Origin: an uncultured virus (IMG/VR IMGVR_UViG_3300029305_011402)
Taxonomy: Duplodnaviria > Heunggongvirae > Uroviricota > Caudoviricetes
Strand: one strand, 5' to 3'
Length of the DNA stretch: 64,000 nt
IMG/VR virus record: IMGVR_UViG_3300029305_011402
Shown here: positions 7,871-17,300 of the stretch, piece after piece
Numbering within the stretch: position 1 is the stretch's first letter
Layout of the letters: each line of letters begins with the position of its first letter
The notes under the pieces: model-generated
What the model saw: the letters and a program-made list of their open reading frames with translations, nothing else
Databases searched by the model: none
What the model was told of the DNA's origin: nothing
Made by a program: the position numbers and the translations under genes

Positions 7871-10534
7871 CTAATTTTTAAATCTACCAACGACTTGATA
7901 ACGGAATGAAATGTAATATAAGGCAAAAGGTTTCATAAATTCGTCAGAATAAATGTAATATTGTTTTTCAACCCATTGCTTTTCTTTCTCTTTCACAGCA
8001 AACAAACTTTGTTCTGTAGTGTTAAACGTAAAATCTGAGAAGTCCAAATCTTCAAAAGAGAATACGCTGCTGTTAATTCTCGCTATTTGAGTGTATGGTT
8101 TTTTATTTGTTCTAACTTTTATCTTAGCCGCCGAAGACCTAAACGACCTTGTTTTTATTACTGTAGATTTTTTAACAGTATTTTTTGTTAAATGTGGTAT
8201 GCCGCAGCAGTCCATTTTAGTTGCACAGCCGCAATAAATAGTCCTATCGTCAAAGGTATAATATTGTGCAGGAATCGCACCGTCTGCATCTCTTTTATCA
8301 AAGTTAAAAGAGCATACGACGCCGTTTTCAGTACCAAAGAAGATATTATCAGACATAGTTTTTAATATAGTCGCTTTTTTAAATGTTCCACCTATATAAT
8401 TTCCACGCCTTTCGCATAGATAAGCCTCATAACGCACAAATTCGCCTGTATATGGGTCGTAAACTTCGTGAATGGTAAAATGTATACCTATGGTTAATAT
8501 TTCGCCCCTAATATCGACTTTTACTCCCTCATTGAAGACGGCGGCACTTTCTTCGCCTATATCATTTGGAGCATTTACAACTTGCCCTCTCAAGTCTTTT
8601 GTTTCGTTACCCTCAAGATAATACACGGACTCTGCGAGTTTTAAATCTACCTCAATGATATTGTCAGTATTTCCACACGTGCACTCATTTTGTGCTTTGT
8701 GGCATTTGGTGCAATAATGCACTTTTTTGTTCTGCAATTCGTCGTAAATTGTATTTGAATATAAATATTCGTAATATTGGTCCTTGTATAAACCGATATT
8801 TTCAAGATAATACCACTCGTATTGAGGCACTCCAATTTCGTGTGTGTATTTTTGTCTACTATCAGCCATAAATATCTTGCCGTCAACAAGCACTAATAGA
8901 TAGCCGTTCCATTCTTCAAGATTTGCTTTGGTTAAGTCTATATTTGCTATTTTTGCATCGATTAGACTTGACCTATGCTCAACAGCCCTTTCGTATCTTA
9001 CAGAAAGTTGTCCTACAGCCTCAACGCCTAACCTTGATATAAATACAGGGTCGTCAAGGAAGTTTATACAAGCACCTAAGCAACCTATTCCACTTAACCC
9101 TTGTGATGCAGGGTAAACTCTTGGCTGTATATCGTTGCCCGTATCGCTTGCTGTATGAAAATACATAGAGCCGTCTTGTTGTGTATCTTCTTTTAGCACC
9201 ATTAAAGTATCAGCAACAGTTATCATACCTGTTATTTTTGCTATACCAACACCGTCTTGCATATAATTCAAAACGCCAAAATATGTTGGGTCAACATAGC
9301 CCGTTATGTTACGAGAACAATAGAATATATGATTTGGGTAATTTTCATTGCCCGAAAAGAAAACTCTATTGTCATAAATAGCAATGACAGTACATTTTGT
9401 TATTAAGTCAGATATGTTGCTTTCTTCTTTTGTAACGCCCGAAACGCTTTTAATAACCTTTTTGGCAGTTATTTCTATGCCTGCATAAAATTCAGGGTAT
9501 TTAATGTCTTCAGCCCCATTTTCGCCTTTTATTTGTATTACTTCTTCAGGTTTTGCAGGTGCAGTATTAAAAGTTATTCTTCCGTTCGCCAAATCAACGG
9601 TAAAGTCTGTATCTATTTGTTTTACCTCTCCATAAACTTTAATTTCAGATATTTCGTCAATTTCGTTTTCGTTTAAATAAAATTCTACAGTTTCGCCGTC
9701 TGCAATAAATGTTTGTTTAAATTTTGGTTGAAGTATATTTCTCTGTTCATACTCTTTTCCAATATCAGCATTAGCACCACTTGGAATTGTGTTAATATAA
9801 GTTGTTGGAATATAAGCGTTATTTAATACGTTTTCTAACGTTTTGCCGTCATAAACAAGATAATTTAACCCGTCCACTATGTAAAGTTTGTTGTTGAAAA
9901 TAAAAGACGCACTCTTGCGGCAATTCATACCGTCAAAGAGAGCGTCTTGAGCCGTTACAACACCCTCTTTATAATACACAATCAAGCCGTCGCCTTTAAC
10001 CAACGTACTACTTGCGTATGTAAGCGTGTGTGTGCTTGCATCATATTGTGTAGTTAAGGTCAAGTCTTCTCCCCTTGTTGTTGTTAAAGAAACAACCTGA
10101 GCAACATTGCTCGATAGAGTTTGTGAAAATATAGAGGTATCATTTGAGATTAAGTCAGGTTCAGGAACCGTTAAACTTTCGCTCAATGTAATGTTTATAG
10201 TGTTAGGATAATTTTTCCATAAATACAACTTATTTCCTGAGTGTACTAATACTTTTGTTACAGTTTTATTGTTCTCCTTGTGCTGAAAGTGAAATATTCC
10301 AAATATTTCTTTTTCCTCAGGAAGTACAAAGCGTTTTCTAAAGCCGACAATGGTTTCTAACGCTTGCCCTTGCCCTGATTGATAATCTTTAAACATATTT
10401 GTTACATAAGCAAGTCTTTGCTCGTGTACTTGTGTATGGTCGCTTGAGAAGTCTACACCTCTAAAATCTCCATAGTATCTGTTATAAGTATCTCTTTCTT
10501 GCAAAAGGTTTTTAGATTGTTTAAATGCTGTCAT
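7871..10534 (-). CDS. Tail tubular protein B / packaged-DNA stabilisation (nozzle-like) protein
   Basis: 887 aa beta-rich; N-terminal DFRGVDFSS; position after the adaptor gene; comparable to 53439..54941. Confidence 0.65.
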   Translation of the reverse strand: MTAFKQSKNLLQERDTYNRYYGDFRGVDFSSDHTQVHEQRLAYVTNMFKDYQSGQGQALETIVGFRKRFVLPEEKEIFGIFHFQHKENNKTVTKVLVHSGNKLYLWKNYPNTINITLSESLTVPEPDLISNDTSIFSQTLSSNVAQVVSLTTTRGEDLTLTTQYDASTHTLTYASSTLVKGDGLIVYYKEGVVTAQDALFDGMNCRKSASFIFNNKLYIVDGLNYLVYDGKTLENVLNNAYIPTTYINTIPSGANADIGKEYEQRNILQPKFKQTFIADGETVEFYLNENEIDEISEIKVYGEVKQIDTDFTVDLANGRITFNTAPAKPEEVIQIKGENGAEDIKYPEFYAGIEITAKKVIKSVSGVTKEESNISDLITKCTVIAIYDNRVFFSGNENYPNHIFYCSRNITGYVDPTYFGVLNYMQDGVGIAKITGMITVADTLMVLKEDTQQDGSMYFHTASDTGNDIQPRVYPASQGLSGIGCLGACINFLDDPVFISRLGVEAVGQLSVRYERAVEHRSSLIDAKIANIDLTKANLEEWNGYLLVLVDGKIFMADSRQKYTHEIGVPQYEWYYLENIGLYKDQYYEYLYSNTIYDELQNKKVHYCTKCHKAQNECTCGNTDNIIEVDLKLAESVYYLEGNETKDLRGQVVNAPNDIGEESAAVFNEGVKVDIRGEILTIGIHFTIHEVYDPYTGEFVRYEAYLCERRGNYIGGTFKKATILKTMSDNIFFGTENGVVCSFNFDKRDADGAIPAQYYTFDDRTIYCGCATKMDCCGIPHLTKNTVKKSTVIKTRSFRSSAAKIKVRTNKKPYTQIARINSSVFSFEDLDFSDFTFNTTEQSLFAVKEKEKQWVEKQYYIYSDEFMKPFALYYISFRYQVVGRFKN

Positions 10535-10537
10535 ATA

Positions 10538-11461
10538 TCACCACCCATTTGTACTTTTAATTGTAACAGACGAGGTTGCTTTTGCTTTTTGTTCTATAAT
10601 AGCAGCACGTTCACGATATAAATTTAAGTAATATTCAGACTTGTTTGGCTCGTCGTCAACCCAAACATAGGCTGCAACAAGAATAGGCATCAAACTGCAT
10701 AATTCTTCGTCAAGGTCTATTTTTGTTGTATCTTCAGAAACTGTAACTCTATCACTTTTTACCAACTCATTTGGTCTACGTTCGTACAATATTCTATATA
10801 CGCCTTTTTTCTCATACGATAAAAGTACAGTTCCGTTGCTTTCAATTTGATAGTCTTGATTTAAAATTATATCAACTTCGTCCTCTCTTATTGGTGGACA
10901 ATGCAAACATATAAAATCTTGAACTAAAGAACTTAAGTTATAACGTGTGTATGGCTCGTATGCAGGAATGTCTGATTCTTTATCACTTAAAAGATACTCG
11001 TACATTGCTACATTTTTTACAGAATAAAAATAATCTCCTGTAAATCTTAATCTTGTAAGACCACTAACAAACTCGCCACCGTCTTTTATAAAGCCTTTAT
11101 AGGCTATAAAGTTTTTATTGGTAGAGGTTAAAGTAACGGCGTTTATAATTCTCCATTTGGAGCCGTTCTCTTCGTATTTTTCAATATAAAGAGTGCCGTT
11201 GCCGTCCGCCTCAAAGTAGTATGACTTAGCATTAGTTGCATCAAACGTTAAGTCTTCCGTTTTATCTAAAGGAACAAAAACGTTTTCTTTTATCAAGTTA
11301 GCCATAGGCTTATGATTGATGCAGTAACGGCTTATTGCAGGTCTTATTTTATTAACCTGCAATAAAGCCCTGTTCGCTGCATAAAGAAATCTATCTTCGT
11401 CCTCAAGAGAACTTTCAAAACCTAACTGAGCAACGTGTTTGTATAACTCAGAAATGGTCAT
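10538..11461 (-). CDS. Head-tail adaptor / tail tubular protein A-like
   Basis: MTISEL...AANRAL N-terminus and helical C-terminus, directly after the major capsid gene. Confidence 0.6.
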   Translation of the reverse strand: MTISELYKHVAQLGFESSLEDEDRFLYAANRALLQVNKIRPAISRYCINHKPMANLIKENVFVPLDKTEDLTFDATNAKSYYFEADGNGTLYIEKYEENGSKWRIINAVTLTSTNKNFIAYKGFIKDGGEFVSGLTRLRFTGDYFYSVKNVAMYEYLLSDKESDIPAYEPYTRYNLSSLVQDFICLHCPPIREDEVDIILNQDYQIESNGTVLLSYEKKGVYRILYERRPNELVKSDRVTVSEDTTKIDLDEELCSLMPILVAAYVWVDDEPNKSEYYLNLYRERAAIIEQKAKATSSVTIKSTNGW

Positions 11462-11484
11462 AAATAGCCTCCTACGGAATTAAA

Positions 11485-12531
11485 TTAAAGTGTAACGCTT
11501 GTCGCTCCTGTAACAGCACTTTCAGAGTTAACTGCCAACAAGATATGTTTCCAAGAACCAAAGCCAACACCAAAACGACAATAACCGTTCCAATAGAAGT
11601 TACGAGTATGGTCGTCAATATTGTTTCTAATGTCAAGTGGTATTCTGTTATAGAACATATTACCTTGAAGATTCTCGTTTGCATCAGAAGACATAATCAT
11701 AAATCTGTCGTCTGCAGTTTCCCAACCGTCAAGAACAACGACTGTCCAATTGCCGTATTGAGTGTTAATATCGTTATTGTTGCTGCCGACTGTTCTTTCA
11801 GAACCAACAACTTTTTTAACCATAGCCTCAAGTTTTGGTCTATTGCAAGGTATAATTATAACGTCTGCAACATATTCCATAACTTCGCCATTTTCGTCCT
11901 TAAAGTTTCTTAAAAGGTTTGACAAATGTCCCATAGCAGACTCTAATGCAGCAGCATCGGTTGTAAATTTGCCATAGAAGTAATTTGATTGAGTTTTGCC
12001 TTTCATTTTTTCTGTAGCGTATGTATGAACGTTTGAGAATAACGCTTTGCCGTCTGGTGCAGATAGGTCAACAGTTGCTTTGTTGAATTTATCTGAGGTT
12101 TTTGTACCATTTATTAACGCCCAAGCAGCAATTTTATTACGTGTTTTATAGTAAGCACGTACAAATTTTTTAGGTTTAGATTTAATATCTGCAGAGATAC
12201 CAATTTTTGAGTCGTCTGCCATTTCTTTTGTAATTGTAAACTCTTTCATAAATGCAATGTGTTCGATTGTCTTTTTGAAAGTAGTTTCAATGTTATCATT
12301 TTCGGCACCTTGTCCCTCTTTTACGCTTTGGAAAGTGTCGAAATCTGATTCGCCGATAATAGTTTCAGCATATCTGTTAGACTTTTCAACGTTAAACAAC
12401 GCTTTAAGTATGCCGCCTTTTTTTTCTTCGATATTTGATTCGTTTTCGATTAAGGCTTTAATTGGGTGTTCAAATTTGCCATACATAGCATCATTTTTAC
12501 CCGATAATTTACTGTAAACAAAATTAGACAT
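11485..12531 (-). CDS. Major capsid protein (Mu gpT-like HK97 fold)
   Basis: 348 aa; APDGKALFS..H and C-terminal RFGVGFGSWK motifs; follows scaffold and decoration genes. Confidence 0.85.
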   Translation of the reverse strand: MSNFVYSKLSGKNDAMYGKFEHPIKALIENESNIEEKKGGILKALFNVEKSNRYAETIIGESDFDTFQSVKEGQGAENDNIETTFKKTIEHIAFMKEFTITKEMADDSKIGISADIKSKPKKFVRAYYKTRNKIAAWALINGTKTSDKFNKATVDLSAPDGKALFSNVHTYATEKMKGKTQSNYFYGKFTTDAAALESAMGHLSNLLRNFKDENGEVMEYVADVIIIPCNRPKLEAMVKKVVGSERTVGSNNNDINTQYGNWTVVVLDGWETADDRFMIMSSDANENLQGNMFYNRIPLDIRNNIDDHTRNFYWNGYCRFGVGFGSWKHILLAVNSESAVTGATSVTL

Positions 12532-12548
12532 ATTATTTTACCTCCGTC

Positions 12549-12947
12549 CTATATTCTAACGACAATTTTGTCGTCTTTTGCTGTCGCACCGTTTATATCA
12601 ACGATTGTTACTACGCCATCTGTTTTTGTTGCAGTAACTGACAGCCCGTCTGTATTTAATGTTACTTTATCTCCTACATTCAATGAAGTAGGTGCTGCAC
12701 TTACAGGCACTTCGTATACTTGATTTTTCTCAACCCTGCAAACAGCAATAGTTCTTTTAGTTGCAGTAGCAGCAAGATTTGCCATTGCAATAAATTGTGG
12801 AGCAGCAGTAGCCCCGCATTTTGTTAGTTTTCCTGCAGAAAGAACAAGAGCCTCTCCCTCAGAAACTGCCTCGCTGGCAGTAACTTCTAAATATTCAGGT
12901 TCAGGCACGTTCATTCTTGCGTTTTCGATTTTGATTAACTTAAACAT
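12549..12947 (-). CDS. Capsid decoration/cement-like protein
   Basis: Small Ala/Val/Thr/Gly-rich beta protein between scaffold and capsid; start taken at MFKL after GGAG. Confidence 0.65.
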   Translation of the reverse strand: MFKLIKIENARMNVPEPEYLEVTASEAVSEGEALVLSAGKLTKCGATAAPQFIAMANLAATATKRTIAVCRVEKNQVYEVPVSAAPTSLNVGDKVTLNTDGLSVTATKTDGVVTIVDINGATAKDDKIVVRI

Positions 12948-12963
12948 AAGAAATTCTCCTTTT

Positions 12964-13860
12964 TTATTTGCTATAAGATTGTTTGTACAGAGCAACTATC
13001 TCTCTGTCAGATTTATTTGGGAATAATTCTCTCCATTCTACCAATGTTTTTTTAGGCATAACAAGAGAGTCGTCTTTAGAGTTTTTTGGAACAGCAGTTT
13101 TTAAATGGTTTTTTGTTTGATTTAAAGACTGTTGTTTGACTGCATCTGCAGTATTTTGCACAATATTTTTCCTAACGCTATCTGCATTAACAGCAGCATA
13201 GGCTTGTTTTGCAGTTAAGCCCAAATCTCTTAGCCTGCCAAATTCTGCAAAATTTTCAATATCTTTTATGTGACTTATGTTTTTTGTTTCAGGGTATGCA
13301 GATTGTATTTCTGCAAGGTCTGCTTTCATTTTTTCTTCAAATTTAATTTTCTGTAAAAACGCAGCAGCCTCTGTATTTTTGAAATTTTCGGCTTTTCCTT
13401 TTTTATAGTCTTCTAAAGACATTCCGTCAGCCTCTGCAGCAACTTTTTCAAGTCCCTCAATAACATTGTCACTTTCAACGCCCAACTTCTTTAAAGTTTC
13501 TTTGCCTTGATATTCGTGCTCTCGCACTTTTCTTTCAAGCTCAGCAATATATTTATCTTTTTCAGCAAGTTTAGCGTTCAAATCAGGCTCTACTACTTTC
13601 TCAACTTTTTCTGACCCCTCGTCGTCAGTTTTTTGTTTGATTTCGTCCTTTTCTTCTTGTTCTTCTTGTTTTTCGGTTTCTTCCTCATTATCTTCCTCGT
13701 CCTCGTCATTTTCGGGAATAATAATGTTTCCGTCTTCGTCGTACTCGAAGTCTTCTTCCTCCGAATTGTCGTCGTCCTCCTCAAGATTTAATTCTTCCAA
13801 ATCTTCAAGCATTTCTTCGTCAATTTCGTCGGTTTCAGGTTTCTTAACTTCTTTTTCCAT
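12964..13860 (-). CDS. Capsid scaffolding protein
   Basis: Highly acidic N-terminus then coiled coil, upstream of capsid genes. Confidence 0.7.
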   Translation of the reverse strand: MEKEVKKPETDEIDEEMLEDLEELNLEEDDDNSEEEDFEYDEDGNIIIPENDEDEEDNEEETEKQEEQEEKDEIKQKTDDEGSEKVEKVVEPDLNAKLAEKDKYIAELERKVREHEYQGKETLKKLGVESDNVIEGLEKVAAEADGMSLEDYKKGKAENFKNTEAAAFLQKIKFEEKMKADLAEIQSAYPETKNISHIKDIENFAEFGRLRDLGLTAKQAYAAVNADSVRKNIVQNTADAVKQQSLNQTKNHLKTAVPKNSKDDSLVMPKKTLVEWRELFPNKSDREIVALYKQSYSK

Positions 13861-13889
13861 ATCATTTCTCCTCTTAAAATTTAATTAAA

Positions 13890-14015
13890 TTACTTTTTAC
13901 CTGTTCTTAAGTCTTTGCCTTTAACAACAGTTGCTTTAGGTTGGTCTGTTACAGGTTTAGGTGCTTTTATGATGCCACCTTTGTTTGTTGCAAATCTGTT
14001 ACTTCCTTTATTCAT
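13890..14015 (-). CDS. 41-aa basic protein not in the ORF track (MNKGSNRFATNKGGIIKAPKPVTDQPKATVVKGKDLRTGKK)
   Basis: GGAGG RBS, ATG at 14015, TAA at 13890; first gene after the 14051-14101 hairpin. Confidence 0.7.
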   Translation of the reverse strand: MNKGSNRFATNKGGIIKAPKPVTDQPKATVVKGKDLRTGKK

Positions 14016-14050
14016 AAACAAAGTTCCTCCTTTTTTAGATTTTCCTTAGA

Positions 14051-14101
14051 AAAAGCCCCTAACCGTGTTGGTTAAGGGCTCTATCTCAAGGAATTTGGCA
14101 C
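14051..14101 (-). promoter_or_regulatory. GTGCCA..TGAG..AGAGCCC motif running into a terminator-like hairpin (copy 1)
   Basis: Minus strand GTGCCAaattcctTGAGatAGAGCCCTTAACC-aacac-GGTTAGGGGCTTTTT; second copy at 30074-30137. Confidence 0.65.
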
Positions 14102-14112
14102 ATTTATTTAAT

Positions 14113-14277
14113 TTATTCAGTTTTTACAGTCCACAATTTGCCGCATTTTCTGCATTTAAAAGTCAAGCCTGATATTTTGCTGCCTTTTTCAATGCCAATG
14201 CGTGGGACTTTCTCTTTACAGTGAGGACAAACGATTTTAGTGATTTCAGATTCCACAGTTGGAGTGATGACAAACAT
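14113..14277 (-). CDS. Small zinc-ribbon protein (Com-like / cysteine-rich KTR-like)
   Basis: CPHC...CRKC; GGAGG RBS before MFVIT. Confidence 0.7.
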   Translation of the reverse strand: MFVITPTVESEITKIVCPHCKEKVPRIGIEKGSKISGLTFKCRKCGKLWTVKTE

Positions 14278-14300
14278 ACACTTTTTTCCTCCTGTTATGT

Positions 14301-14339
14301 ATAATAACACAATTTTAACTGCAAATTGTCACTATTTAT
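14301..14339 (-). promoter_or_regulatory. Putative late promoter copy 1 (ATAAATAGTGAC-N16-TGTG-t-TATTAT)
   Basis: Identical 12-mer and identical spacing to the copy at 30152-30190. Confidence 0.7.
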
Positions 14340-17300
14340 TGCCCATATAGAGGCTTTTCGTGACTATTCTGCCGTTTTTTACTTCAAAGCCACACATTTC
14401 TGCTAACTTAGCCTTTTCGTCCTTTGTAACGCCCTTTAAATTCATTATATATCTTAACAATTTTAGTCTTACCTGCTTACTTGTATAGTGTTTATATTCT
14501 CTGTCCTGCAATGAGTACCCATTAAACGATAGCAGCAATATAACTTCTTCGTCAGAAAAGCCTTGTTTTGATAAATAGTCAATTACTTTCTTCTTTTTAG
14601 AGTTTTGAATCGTCTTACCACTTGAATTTTTGTCTGCAGCAATATCAGATACTCCTGCGTAATAAACAGCAAGTTTATCTGCATCAATATATTTTGAAAG
14701 AATTGCAAAGTTATTCTCCTTTTCAATTCCTAATACAGAAGTTAGAGCAATGTTGTAATAAGCATCATATATTTGTTTTATTGCTTTTGCCTGTAGTTCT
14801 TCAGATAATTTTAAATAATTTCTGCTATTTACCATTTTTTCAACATATTTTGCTGCTTGGCTATAAATATTTTTAAACTCGTCAGCCTGCGTTGAATTTA
14901 ATGTATAAGTTTCGTTTTCGTGAGTAATTTCACTCGGCACAGACTTAGGCAGAACAGAATAGCCTTTTGAATATAGTTTATATATTGTTGAGTTTAATTT
15001 ATCGCTTATGTTAGCAGAGCCTACTCTTTGAGCCATAACCATATTTGTTAACATTGACACCATTTCCATATCGTCATTATTTATTGCTTTTTTCAAGTCG
15101 GTTAAATAATTCTTTTTATAGAAAACATTATCTATTTTGTATGCTGTTGTAGGACTGACTCTTTTAGTTAAACCGTAAGCAATATTATAAACGTTTCTAA
15201 CGGGCACGCCAAATAGTTGCCCTGCAGAATAAGTAAGTTTTTTCAAACTTGACGCAATATCTTGACTTGTTGCATTTCCTGACACTAATTTACCTGCAGC
15301 ATCAAAAATATCTACAGCACTATCAAGCATATTGTTCATTGTTGAGTAAGCATACATATCTAAGTCGTAACCCTCAGCAAGCCTTGCGTAAATATCTTTT
15401 ATTACAGGCAAGCCACCAAATAAATTGCCAACAAAGTCAACAACTACCGTTTCTGCAACTTCTTCGTCTTCTTGGTCTTTCGCATATAGGAATTTAAACA
15501 ACTGTGCAACGCCTGCCATAAACGCAGCAGAAGTAATCAATGCAGTAACCGACTTTCTTGCTTTTCTTTTAGCAGTTTTTAATTGTTTTGTTAATTGTTC
15601 TTTGACGGCGACGTCCGTTTCATTTTTTATTTTAATTTTTAATGTACTATATTCGCCTATAGAATCAATAACCCTGCCTATAACTTTCATACTATCTGCA
15701 GTAAACATTGTAAGAGTTTTTAAAATCTCATTGCCTGAACGCATTGCTGCAGACCTTTCCGTTGCCATTGAATTTTGTTGAGTTTCTAAAATAACTCTTT
15801 TAAGCAATTTGCCTGCCTCTACCTTATTTGCCTCCGTTCCAACTTTCAAACCGTTATTTTTCTCAACTTGTACTTGGCAAGCACCGAACAAGCGACAAAC
15901 AACAAATCTGTCCATTTTGCCTATTGGAGCCATTAAAACGTCTGACACTTTGTTTAATCTATTTAAAACACCTTGTGCCATTGCTGCAGTATTGTCTTTA
16001 TTCCTTAATTTTGCAAGTTTACAATATTTGTCCACATTTGCCGCAGAAACAGTAACACCTTTTGCTATAGAATCTGCGTCCAAAATACTTGAAGATGCAA
16101 AAATCGAAGACAACTGAGTAACCCAAACTTTAGGGTTTGCACCAAGTTGATATTTTGCATAACTTCCCCTGATAAAGCCTAAAACTTTCATACCCTCGCT
16201 TGAAGAAGACGGTATTCCTTGTATATCTGATATAAGTTTACTAAAGTATTTATTGCCTTTGCTCCAAGTGTTGGCACTCTCAGTTGCAACGCTTATAGGT
16301 TTATTTCTATTTTCAGAAATATCAACATTGTACAATCTGTTGTATGTATCAATAGCAGGAGATAAATAAGCATATTTACATACTGCCTTAACGTGTCTAT
16401 TAAATACAACGTCTACAGGTTCAATAAATAACTCTTGTTTAGCACCTTTTACCGTGTCTTTGTTAAAAGATGCACTACTTACACGGTCAATTTCTGCAGA
16501 CATTTCAGAGGTGTCAACATTTTTAGCAATATTCCCACGCTTTATTGGGTAATAGTAGTCCTCTAAAGCATTTGTAAAGCCTAATCTCTCCATATCTCTC
16601 TTGACTTTCAGTTCTTTTACGTCCTGATTGTAAGCCTTTTCAAGTATTTTAATGTATTCCTTGTCTGTTTCTGACAATAATTTCTCAATTTCTGTCTGTT
16701 CTTGAGCATTTTTTTCCTGTAATACTTCTTCAAAGACAACATTATTTGCAAAACCGTCAACACGTATACGTTTTCCTTTTTCGTCCAAGAAAGCAAAGCC
16801 GTTTTGTGCAAGCCCTTTTTGTGCGTGTTTACGTTTTAATGTCATATATAAGCCAATCAAATGAGTTTTGGAGATAGAAACGCCTCTATATTCTACCTTT
16901 TCTGATTCAATGCTTGAGATATATTTTTTATTTTTCTTCAAAAAGTTTTCGTAATTTTCTTTAACTTCCATTTCGGCAATTTCAGAATCTACAGATGCCT
17001 CTCTTAATTCAAGCATCATTTCGGTATAAAAGCCGTTCTCGTATTTGTCCATACGCCTTGCAACAGTCATAGGGTCGCCAAACGTTTGCATATAGGTTGT
17101 ACCTGCAACTTTTGCAAATATTCCTGACTTTAATTGTTCGTTTTTGTGAATTATATCAATATATCTTTCAGCCTCAGGAATAGCCTCTATCCATTTGCCT
17201 TGTTTGTATACCCGTTTGTAATTTTCAACAAATTTATTGAAGTATGTTAAAATGTTGTTTAATGTGATTAAGTCTTCCTGAGTTAGTTTACCGTCGCCGT

